A DNA stretch of 50,133 nucleotides from a virus. The translations under genes and the position numbers were made by a program. Positions 42,024 through 50,133 of the stretch are shown piece after piece. A model generated the notes under the pieces. The model was not told where the DNA came from, searched no databases, and saw nothing but the letters and a program-made list of their open reading frames with translations. Within the stretch, counting starts at the first letter, position 1, and each line of letters begins with the position of its first letter. Where the stretch lies: IMG/VR virus record IMGVR_UViG_3300045988_134114, positions 1-50,133 of that record; one strand, written 5' to 3'.

Positions 42024-42908
42024 ATGAGCTTAGTAGAAGTGAAAAATTGTCAGATTGTAACATCTAGTCGCCAAGTTGCTGAAAGTTTTGGCAAGCAACA
42101 TAAACACGTGCTTGATTCTATTCGAGAAATTTTGGCGGCCGAAAATTCGGCCACCAAATTTTACCGGCCAACGACCTTCACGAACCGAGGTAAAGAATAT
42201 CCAGAATATTATATGAATCGGGATGGATTTTCCCTGTTAGCTATGGGGTTTACAGGCCGTAAAGCGATACAATGGAAGATGAAGTTTATTGAAGCCTTTA
42301 ATCAGATGGAAGAAGAACTCAAGAAGCGGCAGACGGCGGCCTTGCCAGTTACGACATTTACCCGGTGTTTCTGGAACGGCGAAATTGTCATACCGGCTAT
42401 GTACTTGAGCCGTATGACGAGTATTTCAGAATACAGAATCCGTTATTTGGCCCAGCAGGTCAAAGGCGAATACATCGTACTCAAAGGGGCAGTATTGAAC
42501 GCCTTCAAGCAGGAGAACGGCGGCGCAGGAAAGCAAGCTAAGAATATAGCTATCTTTCCGCGGTACATGGTCGAGGCTATCTTAAAGATGGCCGGAGTGT
42601 ATGAGAAATTCAAGAGATCCATTGACGATTATTTCCAGACATCGGCGGCCTTACCGACAGCGCCGCGGGAATTGCCGCCCTCTTTAACGGCATATGAAGA
42701 TATTCCGGGCGATGCAACCATTCAGATGTGGATTGCCAAAATAGAAGCCAACATTCAGGAAACAAGTAAACTTCTGAAACTGTACAATCAACGCAACACG
42801 TCGGAGAACCGAGAAACGTATGATTACTATCTGCGGAAAGCTGCGGCGGATACCTACGCCCAGTTATGCATGTTGAAGCAGTTCAATGTGAAAGTAGTCA
42901 ACGCATAA
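42024..42908 (+). CDS. Rha-family phage regulatory protein / antirepressor
   Basis: Motifs VTSSRQVAESFGKQHKHVLDSIR and EYYMNRDGFSLLAMGFTGRKAIQWKMKFIEAFN. Confidence 0.7.
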   Translation: MSLVEVKNCQIVTSSRQVAESFGKQHKHVLDSIREILAAENSATKFYRPTTFTNRGKEYPEYYMNRDGFSLLAMGFTGRKAIQWKMKFIEAFNQMEEELKKRQTAALPVTTFTRCFWNGEIVIPAMYLSRMTSISEYRIRYLAQQVKGEYIVLKGAVLNAFKQENGGAGKQAKNIAIFPRYMVEAILKMAGVYEKFKRSIDDYFQTSAALPTAPRELPPSLTAYEDIPGDATIQMWIAKIEANIQETSKLLKLYNQRNTSENRETYDYYLRKAAADTYAQLCMLKQFNVKVVNA

Positions 42909-42922
42909 AATCCCATATTACC

Positions 42923-42958
42923 AGAGCAATGTGAGTGTTTCTTGCATTGCTCTTTTTT
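42923..42958 (+). terminator. Conserved hairpin terminator, copy C
   Basis: AGAGCAATG...CATTGCTCT followed by T6. Confidence 0.6.
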
Positions 42959-43005
42959 GATGGCAAAAGAAAAAGCCGCACCCATTGAGTGAGTACGGCA
43001 AATTC

Positions 43006-43287
43006 TTACTTTTTAGCGTATGCCTCTATATCCAGTGTGATAAGGCTGACCAATCCGTCGGGACTTTCTGGCTTTATTTCTTGGATGCTGCTGGCCGGGG
43101 GAATTTCTTTCCCGTATTCCAGTTCATCCAACACCCAGCCGGAAGCGGCTTCCGTCGCCATGGTGATGGCGTCTAGCAGGGTGTCACCTTCTGAAACGCA
43201 CCCGGGCAGATCTGGCACGACGACCGTATAGGCATCTGCTTTTTCTTCGCAAGGATAGAAGCAAGCCGGATATATTATCTTCATCAT
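43006..43287 (-). CDS. hicB: HicB-like antitoxin (UPF0150 fold only)
   Basis: Motif YTVVVPDLPGCVSEGDTLLDAITMATEAASGWV. Confidence 0.7.
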   Translation of the reverse strand: MMKIIYPACFYPCEEKADAYTVVVPDLPGCVSEGDTLLDAITMATEAASGWVLDELEYGKEIPPASSIQEIKPESPDGLVSLITLDIEAYAKK

Positions 43288-43304
43288 CTTGTCTCACACA
43301 TGGA

Positions 43305-43703
43305 TTAGGCTTTATGTACGTTCAATTCGTTTATCAAGGCATTTTGCAGGACGTTAGAAAAGTTTACATTGTGTTTTTTTGCCAACGTATCTAACCAACG
43401 CGGAATGGTCAGCGTCTTTTTTATAGCTTGCGTGTCGTGCAGCTGACGGTATTTTAACGTATCAGCTTTTACAAGCGAGACAATCGTACCTGATGGAATT
43501 TCTAAAACCGCAGGATCGCTTGGGGCAGGTATTTCATCGCCGCTTTCTTCTGCATTCCACAACCACAAATTTAAGGCGTCTTCGGCCATATCCACAGCAT
43601 CAGCCAACGAATCCCCTTCCGAAAAAATGTTGGGGAAATCGGGAAAGTGAATTAGATATGCGTCATCTTCCTTTGTAAATAATACAGGGTAAATGTATTT
43701 CAT
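43305..43703 (-). CDS. hicB: HicB-like antitoxin with a C-terminal RHH-like DNA-binding tail
   Basis: Motifs YLIHFPDFPNIFSEGDSLADAVDMAEDALNLWL and C-terminal KKTLTIPRWLDTLAKKHNVNFSNVLQNALI. Confidence 0.7.
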   Translation of the reverse strand: MKYIYPVLFTKEDDAYLIHFPDFPNIFSEGDSLADAVDMAEDALNLWLWNAEESGDEIPAPSDPAVLEIPSGTIVSLVKADTLKYRQLHDTQAIKKTLTIPRWLDTLAKKHNVNFSNVLQNALINELNVHKA

Positions 43704-43752
43704 AGTTCAACCTCCTTAGAACGATGAATAAAAGCTAAGGGTAAAGCAGGGA

Positions 43753-43938
43753 TTATTTAATCCCCGCTTTTTTCAATATCCCATTGGCTGTTCCCGTTCT
43801 AATTTCTTTTGCGCCGTGACGTGGGATGATCAGTTTTTCTTTTGTAATTGGACTGTACCACACGTCATGACGGCCGCCATTTTGTAAGAACGTACAACCA
43901 TTCTTTTTTAGGATTTTGATTAGCTCTGAAATCTTCAT
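43753..43938 (-). CDS. hicA: HicA mRNA-interferase toxin
   Basis: 61 aa. Motifs ELIKILKKNGCTF...GGRHDVW and IIPRHGAKEIRTGTANGILKKAG. Confidence 0.8.
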   Translation of the reverse strand: MKISELIKILKKNGCTFLQNGGRHDVWYSPITKEKLIIPRHGAKEIRTGTANGILKKAGIK

Positions 43939-43966
43939 CGGATCACCTCTTTTGATTATATTTTAA

Positions 43967-44011
43967 CACGTATTAATACGTGCGTAAAGAATAAAATATG
44001 TATTAGTACGT
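43967..44011. promoter_or_regulatory. hic operator: perfect 16-bp palindrome CACGTATTAATACGTG (43967-43982) plus a degenerate copy ATGTATTAGTACGT (43998-44011)
   Basis: Seen directly. A minus-strand -10 TATAAT lies at 43960-43955. Confidence 0.6.
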
Positions 44012-44033
44012 ATCATTGAAAGGAGGGTTATAT

Positions 44034-44780
44034 ATGCCAAGCCTTGATAGCTTACTTGGTGGTAACGGATTTGTTTCAAGGAAGGCTGCTGGCGTCATGC
44101 CGAAGCCGACGCAACCGGCTAAAATCGGCGACTATTTGACCGTCGACGTCGTCATGTCCCGGGAAACAAATTTCGACAGCGAAGTAACAGAATATCCCGT
44201 CGAAGACGGCTTCCCCATCGCTGACCATGTCGTCAGAAAGCCTATGCGGCTGTCTATGGATGTCGTCTTCACGCCCACGCCGGTTACATGGGGTTCGCTT
44301 CTCGGCGGTCGGTCGCTGAATGCCGTGACAAATATGCTCATGCAGATTTACCAGAAGGGCGAGCCGGTAAAAATTACGCTGGTGGACGCCATCTATACCG
44401 ACATGGTCATGACGTCGGCGCCGCTTCCCCGTAATGTCGAAAATGGCTATTGCTACCGCTGCCAGCTAGAATTTACGCACGTGCACCGCGCCGTGCAGCG
44501 GACGGAAGACGTGCCGGAAGAGTACGCGGCCAACGACGCAGCCGGAAAAGCCGGAACGACGGAAAAAGACGGCGGAGCCGCGGCCCAGACGGAAATCGGG
44601 ACGGGCCTGCAAACGGTCGACGCCTCGGCCGGAAGCGCGGGCGGTGGGATTCTGGGAATCAATACGGACAACATTGACTTTGGGCAGCTCGGAGCCATGG
44701 CGACCGGCTCGGAAGCGACGGCATATATGGCCGCCTATTCCGTGTATCAGTCGATTGGAAAGGCAGGGACATTTTTCTGA
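44034..44780 (+). CDS. Tail/baseplate-hub-associated protein (position-based)
   Basis: ATG at 44034 after AAAGGAGGG. First gene after the island, before the D-like hub gene. Confidence 0.4.
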   Translation: MPSLDSLLGGNGFVSRKAAGVMPKPTQPAKIGDYLTVDVVMSRETNFDSEVTEYPVEDGFPIADHVVRKPMRLSMDVVFTPTPVTWGSLLGGRSLNAVTNMLMQIYQKGEPVKITLVDAIYTDMVMTSAPLPRNVENGYCYRCQLEFTHVHRAVQRTEDVPEEYAANDAAGKAGTTEKDGGAAAQTEIGTGLQTVDASAGSAGGGILGINTDNIDFGQLGAMATGSEATAYMAAYSVYQSIGKAGTFF

Positions 44781-45133
44781 TGATTACGATTTCAATGACT
44801 GACGCCAATGATTTTTACGAGACGGTGATCATTGATACCGTCCAATATAATTTGCATTTCGCTTGGAACGACCATGCCCAGGCCTGGGCCATGGATGTTC
44901 GCGACGGCAAAAATACGGATATTGTTCGCGGTATCGCACTCGTGCCGAATTTCCCGCTCCTGCACCAGTACCGCCGTCATGTCGGCCTTCCCGGCGGGGA
45001 ATTTGTGGCCGTTATTACGTCGCCGGTTACGGGAAATGAGAAAATCGGCCGGACGGATTTTATCACCGGCAAGGCATCTATGGTCTACATACCGGAGGCG
45101 GAACTCAATGACATTATGGCATCGACAGTATAA
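44780..45133 (+). CDS. Hypothetical baseplate-module protein
   Basis: ORF track. ATGA coupling. Confidence 0.45.
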   Translation: MITISMTDANDFYETVIIDTVQYNLHFAWNDHAQAWAMDVRDGKNTDIVRGIALVPNFPLLHQYRRHVGLPGGEFVAVITSPVTGNEKIGRTDFITGKASMVYIPEAELNDIMASTV

Positions 45134-46010
45134 AGTCATCTTCCCGGAAATCAATCTGGAATATGCGAACACGATTCGCGTTCAGTTCGCCGTGGAAAAA
45201 GACCTCACCAAAGAAACCAATAAAAGCGCCCTATCCCTGTATAATCTGTCGGAAGATTCAAGGAACCGGATAGAGGTAGCCGACCGCAAAGTCGAGATCT
45301 GGGCGGGCTATCAGGACAATACCGGCCCCGTCCGGCTGTTTGTCGGTACAGTTACGCAGAGCGAGACGAAAGAAAACGACAAGGACGTGGAAACGAAGCT
45401 CACGCTGGCCGACGGAAACGTGGCAATCCGGGACACGGCCTTTTCTCTTTCCTTCGCCCCGGGAACATCCGGGAACCGGGTATTGCAGACGATCGCAAAC
45501 GCCATGGGGCTGCCGCTGGTGCTGGGCGAAGGCGTGCAGTTCGGGACGTTCGTCAACGGCTATTCCTTCGTCGGCACGGCGCGCGAAGCTCTGGACGGCG
45601 TTTGCTATCATTCCGGCTGTTCGTGGAGCGTGCAGAATGACGCCTTACAAGTCATCATGAACGGCGGCGTCTTTGCAAACCGCGGTCTTGTCTTTTCCGC
45701 TGGAAGCGGCCTGATCGGCTCGCCGGAGCGGATTATTCGGGCCAACCCTAAGACGGATAAAGATACGCCGAAGCGCCGGCGCCGGCAGAAGGCGCAAAAA
45801 GAAAAGCCGGAAAAACAGTCCGGCTGGAAAATCAAAACGCTGCTGGCCCCGACGGTTACGCCGGGCGACGCGGTGAAAGTCGAAAGCCGCATCATTACGG
45901 GCTGGTTCCGCGTCGAATCGGTCAAACATCAGGGCGACACCCACGGCGGCGACTGGATCAGCGAAATGAATCTCATAGAAAGGCTGACGTATACCGATGA
46001 ACAACAGTAA
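45108..46010 (+). CDS. Late-control-D / XkdQ-like baseplate hub protein
   Basis: ATG at 45108 after GGAGG (internal to ORF 44832..46010). C-terminal motif GWFRVESVKHQGDTHGGDWISEMNL. Confidence 0.6.
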   Translation: MTLWHRQYKVIFPEINLEYANTIRVQFAVEKDLTKETNKSALSLYNLSEDSRNRIEVADRKVEIWAGYQDNTGPVRLFVGTVTQSETKENDKDVETKLTLADGNVAIRDTAFSLSFAPGTSGNRVLQTIANAMGLPLVLGEGVQFGTFVNGYSFVGTAREALDGVCYHSGCSWSVQNDALQVIMNGGVFANRGLVFSAGSGLIGSPERIIRANPKTDKDTPKRRRRQKAQKEKPEKQSGWKIKTLLAPTVTPGDAVKVESRIITGWFRVESVKHQGDTHGGDWISEMNLIERLTYTDEQQ

Positions 46011-46602
46011 TCAAGGGCCGAATCAAATCAAGGAAATCGTCGAAGGATGGACAGATAACAAGCTGGCCGCCGTACATACGGCGCTTCCCGGCAAGATTGT
46101 GTCTTACAGTCCGGGAACAAACCGGGCGCAGGTGCAGCCCTTCGGAAAGTACAAGCTCGACGACGGCCGTTCCTTCGACTATCCCGTCATTCATAACGTG
46201 CCGGTACAGTTCCCCATGGGCTGCGGCGGCAGTTCCGGCGTGACCTTCCCCTTGCGGGCGGGCGACGGCTGTCTGCTCATTTTCGCCGAATCGCAGCTGG
46301 ATGATTACCTGAGCGGCGGCGACAGCGACGACACACGAAAGCACGACATGAATGACGCTATGTGTATTCCTGGGCTGTACAGCGGGGCGGCCCCGTCGAA
46401 TGTGTCCCATGCGTCCGACGTCTGTCTGTTTAACGGCGGCTCGCTGGTGTTGCTGGGAAGCGGCGGCTTCTCCGGCACGTTGGCCGACGGAACGAATTTT
46501 TCGTTTTCCGGCGGCGATTTAGTCGTGAACGGCATTTCGTTGACGGGCCATACGCACGGCGGCGTCGAATCCGGCGGCAGCAAAACGGGCCCGCCGGAGT
46601 AG
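45997..46602 (+). CDS. Baseplate spike / gpV (Mu gp45, Gp138-N-like)
   Basis: Motifs HTALPGKIVSYSPGTNRAQVQP and GDGCLLIFAESQLDDYL. Confidence 0.6.
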   Translation: MNNSNQGPNQIKEIVEGWTDNKLAAVHTALPGKIVSYSPGTNRAQVQPFGKYKLDDGRSFDYPVIHNVPVQFPMGCGGSSGVTFPLRAGDGCLLIFAESQLDDYLSGGDSDDTRKHDMNDAMCIPGLYSGAAPSNVSHASDVCLFNGGSLVLLGSGGFSGTLADGTNFSFSGGDLVVNGISLTGHTHGGVESGGSKTGPPE

Positions 46603-46618
46603 AAAGGGGTGGCAGATC

Positions 46619-46993
46619 ATGGCCTATGATATAGCGATGAACGTCAATACCGGCGACTTAGTCATCCGGAACGGCGACCTCGTGCTCATCGATCACGCCG
46701 AACGGGTCGCGCAGCAGATATTGATTACGCTGCGGGAATGGCTCGGGGAATGGTTTTTGGACACGCGGGACGGCGTACCTTATTTAGAGTACATACTCGT
46801 CAAAAATCCGAACGAAAACCATATCCGGCAAATCCTCATGGAGAAAATCAGCGGCGTCGAAGGGGTGTCGTCCGTCACCTCAATGGCGCTGGCTATGAAC
46901 AATTTTTCCCGCACGCTGGCCGTGGAGTATGCGGCGGAAACGACGTACGGACTGATAAAACGAAAGGAGCTGCTCGGCTATGCCAGAAATTAA
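46619..46993 (+). CDS. Baseplate wedge protein (gp25/W- or XkdS-like)
   Basis: 124 aa. Sits upstream of the baseplate J gene. Confidence 0.45.
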   Translation: MAYDIAMNVNTGDLVIRNGDLVLIDHAERVAQQILITLREWLGEWFLDTRDGVPYLEYILVKNPNENHIRQILMEKISGVEGVSSVTSMALAMNNFSRTLAVEYAAETTYGLIKRKELLGYARN

Positions 46994-48431
46994 ATACGGC
47001 CTGACCCGGGACGGGTTCAAGCGGAAACGGCTGCCGGAGATACTCGACAGCCTGAACAAGCGTGTTGCGGACAAGCTTGGCATGGAAATCCAAACGGGGA
47101 GCAATTCGATTTTCGGGCAGCTTCACGGCGTTTATGCCTATGAATTGTCCGACCTGTGGGAACTGGCCCAAAACGTCTACAATGCCATGTACCCCAACAC
47201 GGCGGAAGGCGTTTCCCTCTCCAATGCGGCGGCCTTGGCCGGAATTACGCTCATCGATGCGGAGCGAAGCTCGCTTGTAGCGACTTGTTACGGCGACAAC
47301 GGGACACTGGTTCCCTACGGTTCGCAAATTTCGGCCTCAGACGCCGATGCAACGGTTTGGACATGTATGGACAGTGATTCATACATAGACGCCGGGAAAG
47401 CGTCGTATGCGTCCATACAGATAGCGTCTGACGTGTCTGAGGGTGCGCAGTACACGCTGACCATAGACGGCGTGCAAAAATCCTATACGGCAAAAAGCGG
47501 CGACGATAAGGCGGCGGTATTGGTCGGCTTATCGTCGCAATTTAGTTTTACGGATAAATCCTTTACCGTGGCCAACGATACGATGACGCTGGCAACGGCC
47601 GACCAGAAGAACACCTTTACGATAGCCGCGACCGGCGTATCTATTGTTGAAATCGGCTCGCCGGTGAATTTTCAGTGCACCACGGCCGGAGCCATTGACC
47701 CGGCCCTCGGCACAATTACCCAGATTTTGACGACGTATGCCGGATGGCGGAGCGTGTCGAACAATGTCGCGACGACTGTCGGCCGGGATGCGGAATCCGA
47801 CATCAGCCTGCGGCAGCGGTGGAGCTCGTCCTTATATGACCGCGCGTCAGCCATGACGGATTCGATTGCCGCGGCAGTCTATTCCAACGTTGAGGGCGTC
47901 ACGACCTGCCGGGTCTACGAAAACAATACCGATACGGAAGACGACGAAGGCCGCCCGCCGCACTCCATTGAGGCCGTCGTTGACGGCGGACTGGAAAACG
48001 ACATTGCGCAGCAGATTTGGAACCGCAAAGCAGGGGGAATTGATACCTTCGGCGACAGCAGCGGCGTCGCCACGGATTCGCAGGGCGTGCAGCATACGAT
48101 ATACTTCAACCGCCCGCAGCAGGTCAAAGTCTGGATGAAGATTGTGGTCGGCGAAAACCCCGACGAAGTCTTCCCGCCCGCGGCGCTTAACGAAATCGCC
48201 GACGCGGTACTGGCCAAAGGGCAAGCCCAGGAAATCGGGCAGGACGTTATCTTGCAGCGGTATTTTTCGGCTATCTTCTCGGCTACGACCGGCGTCGGGT
48301 ATATCAGCCTGACGGCCTGCACCGGCGACACGGCGGGCGAGTATACGGCGGAGAACATCAGTATAAACGACCGGCAGATCGCCGTATTTGACGCGGCCAG
48401 AATCGAGGTGTCCAAACAAGATGAGCAGTAA
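46980..48431 (+). CDS. Baseplate J-like protein
   Basis: 483 aa. Call based on position and size. Motif GVSLSNAAALAGI. Confidence 0.6.
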   Translation: MPEIKYGLTRDGFKRKRLPEILDSLNKRVADKLGMEIQTGSNSIFGQLHGVYAYELSDLWELAQNVYNAMYPNTAEGVSLSNAAALAGITLIDAERSSLVATCYGDNGTLVPYGSQISASDADATVWTCMDSDSYIDAGKASYASIQIASDVSEGAQYTLTIDGVQKSYTAKSGDDKAAVLVGLSSQFSFTDKSFTVANDTMTLATADQKNTFTIAATGVSIVEIGSPVNFQCTTAGAIDPALGTITQILTTYAGWRSVSNNVATTVGRDAESDISLRQRWSSSLYDRASAMTDSIAAAVYSNVEGVTTCRVYENNTDTEDDEGRPPHSIEAVVDGGLENDIAQQIWNRKAGGIDTFGDSSGVATDSQGVQHTIYFNRPQQVKVWMKIVVGENPDEVFPPAALNEIADAVLAKGQAQEIGQDVILQRYFSAIFSATTGVGYISLTACTGDTAGEYTAENISINDRQIAVFDAARIEVSKQDEQ

Positions 48432-49092
48432 CCGCACGGAAAGCATGGAAAAACATCTGATTGGACAGTTTCAAGGAAAGCAGATATTGCAGGCAATCAT
48501 TGAGGCGTTGGGCGAAGAACTGGACGAGCTGGAACAAGCCTTTTCTGACCTGCGGGACAAACGATGGATCGACACGGCAGAAGGCGCACAGCTGGACGGC
48601 ATTGGTACTATCGTCAATCAGCCCCGGCAAATTGCCGATGCCATTCAAATCGCTTTCTTTGGGTTCCAAGATCAGGATAATGCACTGGGGTTTGAGCAGG
48701 GGCGCTTTCGGGATGAATGGGAAACGTATTTACAAAGCGTCAACTTGAGCGATCCGGAATATCGTAAAATGCTCTGGCTGAAAGTATTCAAAGACGTTTC
48801 AAGCGGCACGGCCGAGGATACCATCATCAGTACGCGCCGTATTTTTGATTGTCCGTATGTTGTTTTGAGTGAATTAGGCAATGCCAAAATTACCGTTGGT
48901 ATTGGGCGGATGCTGGATGTAAATGAACTGGCAATCGCCCGGGCGGTCGATTTAATTGTTCGCGCCGGCGGCGTCGGCGTAAAGGGCATGACTATGTTTG
49001 AGTACGAAAACTATTTCGGATTTTTGGGACAACCCAATGCGAAAGGGTTTGATGTTGGAACATTTCCGGATGATATAGACGTTGTATTTTAA
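48421..49092 (+). CDS. Baseplate/tail protein I-like (DUF2612/XkdU-like)
   Basis: ATG at 48421 overlaps the upstream stop. Last gene before the fibre. Confidence 0.45.
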   Translation: MSSNRTESMEKHLIGQFQGKQILQAIIEALGEELDELEQAFSDLRDKRWIDTAEGAQLDGIGTIVNQPRQIADAIQIAFFGFQDQDNALGFEQGRFRDEWETYLQSVNLSDPEYRKMLWLKVFKDVSSGTAEDTIISTRRIFDCPYVVLSELGNAKITVGIGRMLDVNELAIARAVDLIVRAGGVGVKGMTMFEYENYFGFLGQPNAKGFDVGTFPDDIDVVF

Positions 49093-49118
49093 AAGATGAG
49101 AAAGGAGCTGAATAATCC

Positions 49119-50133
49119 ATGCCGGGTACGCTGGATTTTTCGAAAATTTGGGGTAGCAACGCCCCGCAAACCTATACATTTACAGATGAAAATTACTTAT
49201 CAGGTTGGACGTTCGTCGGGCAGTCGCCGCCGTCCCGGTACATGTGGGATGCATGGATGAACAATGCTGACCTTAAAATGCAATGGTTGTATAATAACGC
49301 CTTTTCCGAATCGTCCCTCGGCGGCTTCCTGTTCTGGAGACTGCCATCGACGGCTTATTTTGTTGGAGATCTTCGGCAACTGCAAAACGGGCCGCTGGAT
49401 GTTTACCTAAAATGTACGACGGCAGGGATGAGCTCGGAGGAATCTATCACTGATTTGCCGGAAGAGAAAAACGTCGGCGATTCGTGGGAAGACGGCAGCG
49501 TCACATGGGAAATCATGCAGTTTGCCAGCTCGGATTCTACGTCCGAATCTATCAGCGCCCACAATAACGACCGAAGCGCCCACAAGGATTATGTCGGGGC
49601 GACTGCCAGTACGGCAGGCCAGCGCGGTATGCTTCCGGCGGCTCCGGCCGGGGCGCAGGATAAAGTCTTCAACGGCGGCGGGAAATGGGTGTATGCTGCG
49701 CTCAATATTTTGCAGCGAAACAAAGCCTATCAGGTAGGGGATTATGCATACTCTCCAACGTTGCCAAGCTGGGCATACCTCGAATGCGTTACGGCCGGGA
49801 CAACGGCAGCGACAGAACCATCTTTGCCGAGCACAATAAACAGCGTCGTAACGGACGGAACGGCAAGCTTTAAGCTGTATCATGTCGCATTGCAGAGCCA
49901 GCCAGTCGGGACTGTCCGCGATTTTACCGTTGATTTTGACCCAAATACAAAATGGGGCGGTACGTGGTCTAAGATGGCCGCAGGCCGCGTATTAGTAGCG
50001 GCAGGAGCCTATTCAGAAACAGGATTCTCGCATACTTATACATTAGGAGAAACCGGCGGCGAGGCGAAGCATCAACTCACTACCGATGAACTGCCGTCCC
50101 ACAAACATACTATTTCAAGCACGGGAGCACATA
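49119..50133 (+). CDS. Tail fibre, 5' part. The ORF runs off the window end and continues at 1..312 (424 codons including the stop on the circle)
   Basis: ATG at 49119 after AAAGGAG. No stop in this frame to the end of the window. Ends ...GETGGEAKHQLTTDELPSHKHTISSTGAH. Confidence 0.8.
   Translation, partial: MPGTLDFSKIWGSNAPQTYTFTDENYLSGWTFVGQSPPSRYMWDAWMNNADLKMQWLYNNAFSESSLGGFLFWRLPSTAYFVGDLRQLQNGPLDVYLKCTTAGMSSEESITDLPEEKNVGDSWEDGSVTWEIMQFASSDSTSESISAHNNDRSAHKDYVGATASTAGQRGMLPAAPAGAQDKVFNGGGKWVYAALNILQRNKAYQVGDYAYSPTLPSWAYLECVTAGTTAATEPSLPSTINSVVTDGTASFKLYHVALQSQPVGTVRDFTVDFDPNTKWGGTWSKMAAGRVLVAAGAYSETGFSHTYTLGETGGEAKHQLTTDELPSHKHTISSTGAH
50079..50133. repeat. Second copy of the 55-nt terminal overlap
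   Basis: Identical to bases 1-55. Confidence 0.95.

Noticed and set aside
44832-45107. N-terminal extensions offered by the ORF track: 44832 for the D-like hub gene, 20422 for the DUF551 gene, 36278 for the 36494 gene, 6532 for the RHH gene, 8370 for int, and 27552 for ant
   Set aside because: The extensions overlap upstream genes in another frame and lack RBSs. Internal starts have AGGAGG-type RBSs or ATGA coupling.
596-49119. A diversity-generating retroelement as the source of fibre C-terminal variation
   Set aside because: There is no reverse transcriptase gene and no template/variable repeat pair with adenine-specific differences. The two cassettes are inverted and diverged throughout, which fits recombinational switching rather than mutagenic retrohoming.
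1-50133. Genome-wide stop-codon reassignment (TAG or TAA read as sense), suggested by in-frame stops in terL and ant
   Set aside because: The two stops are different codons. Every other late and early gene forms a full-length ORF under the standard code. Normal genes terminate with TAG and TAA (for example terS with TAG). Recoded phages show many interrupted genes.

Overview
The window is a complete, circularly closed genome of 50,078 bp. Bases 1-55 repeat at 50079-50133. It is a temperate, contractile-tailed phage or prophage with Firmicutes-style signals: AGGAGG ribosome-binding sites, ATGA-coupled genes, sigma70-like promoters and intrinsic terminators.

Gene order:
- Tail fibre, wrapping the junction (49119..50133 plus 1..312), followed by a convergent silent fibre cassette.
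- Fibre chaperone-like gene and tyrosine recombinase 1.
- A coupled macro-domain / holin / DUF2829 / amidase operon.
- A minus-strand operon: acidic small protein, RHH protein, solitary Cas7 (Csd2-like).
- Non-coding region, then integrase 2.
- A lysogeny operon: CI/LexA-like repressor, PD-(D/E)xK HsdR_N-like protein, secreted protein, DUF898-like membrane protein.
- Cro-side early genes: YqaJ exonuclease, RecT, HD hydrolase, replication organiser with internal iterons, G39P-like loader, RusA, DUF551 x2, late activator.
- tRNA-Ser(GCU), then terS and terL.
- Antirepressor island 1, portal, MuF-toxin fusion plus putative immunity gene.
- Scaffold, decoration protein, collagen-like protein, major capsid, connectors, sheath, tube, chaperone, tape measure.
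- Antirepressor island 2 and hicA-hicB-hicB, then the baseplate genes.

Most notable observations:
1. A lone type I-C/I-B-like cas7 sits in an acr-aca-like operon with three phased palindromic operators. No other cas genes or CRISPR array are present.
2. terL carries a Hint-type intein at Walker B. The intein's central region is a bona fide HNH endonuclease gene on the opposite strand, yet the sense frame stays stop-free.
3. The same terL has an in-frame TAG flanked by identical TCT codons inside Walker A. It also has a diverged 24-codon stub of another terL 5' end upstream.
4. Two convergent tail-fibre C-terminal cassettes are bounded by inverted repeats next to a tyrosine recombinase. This looks like a candidate host-range inversion switch.

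All functional calls come from motif recognition by eye. No database search was possible.
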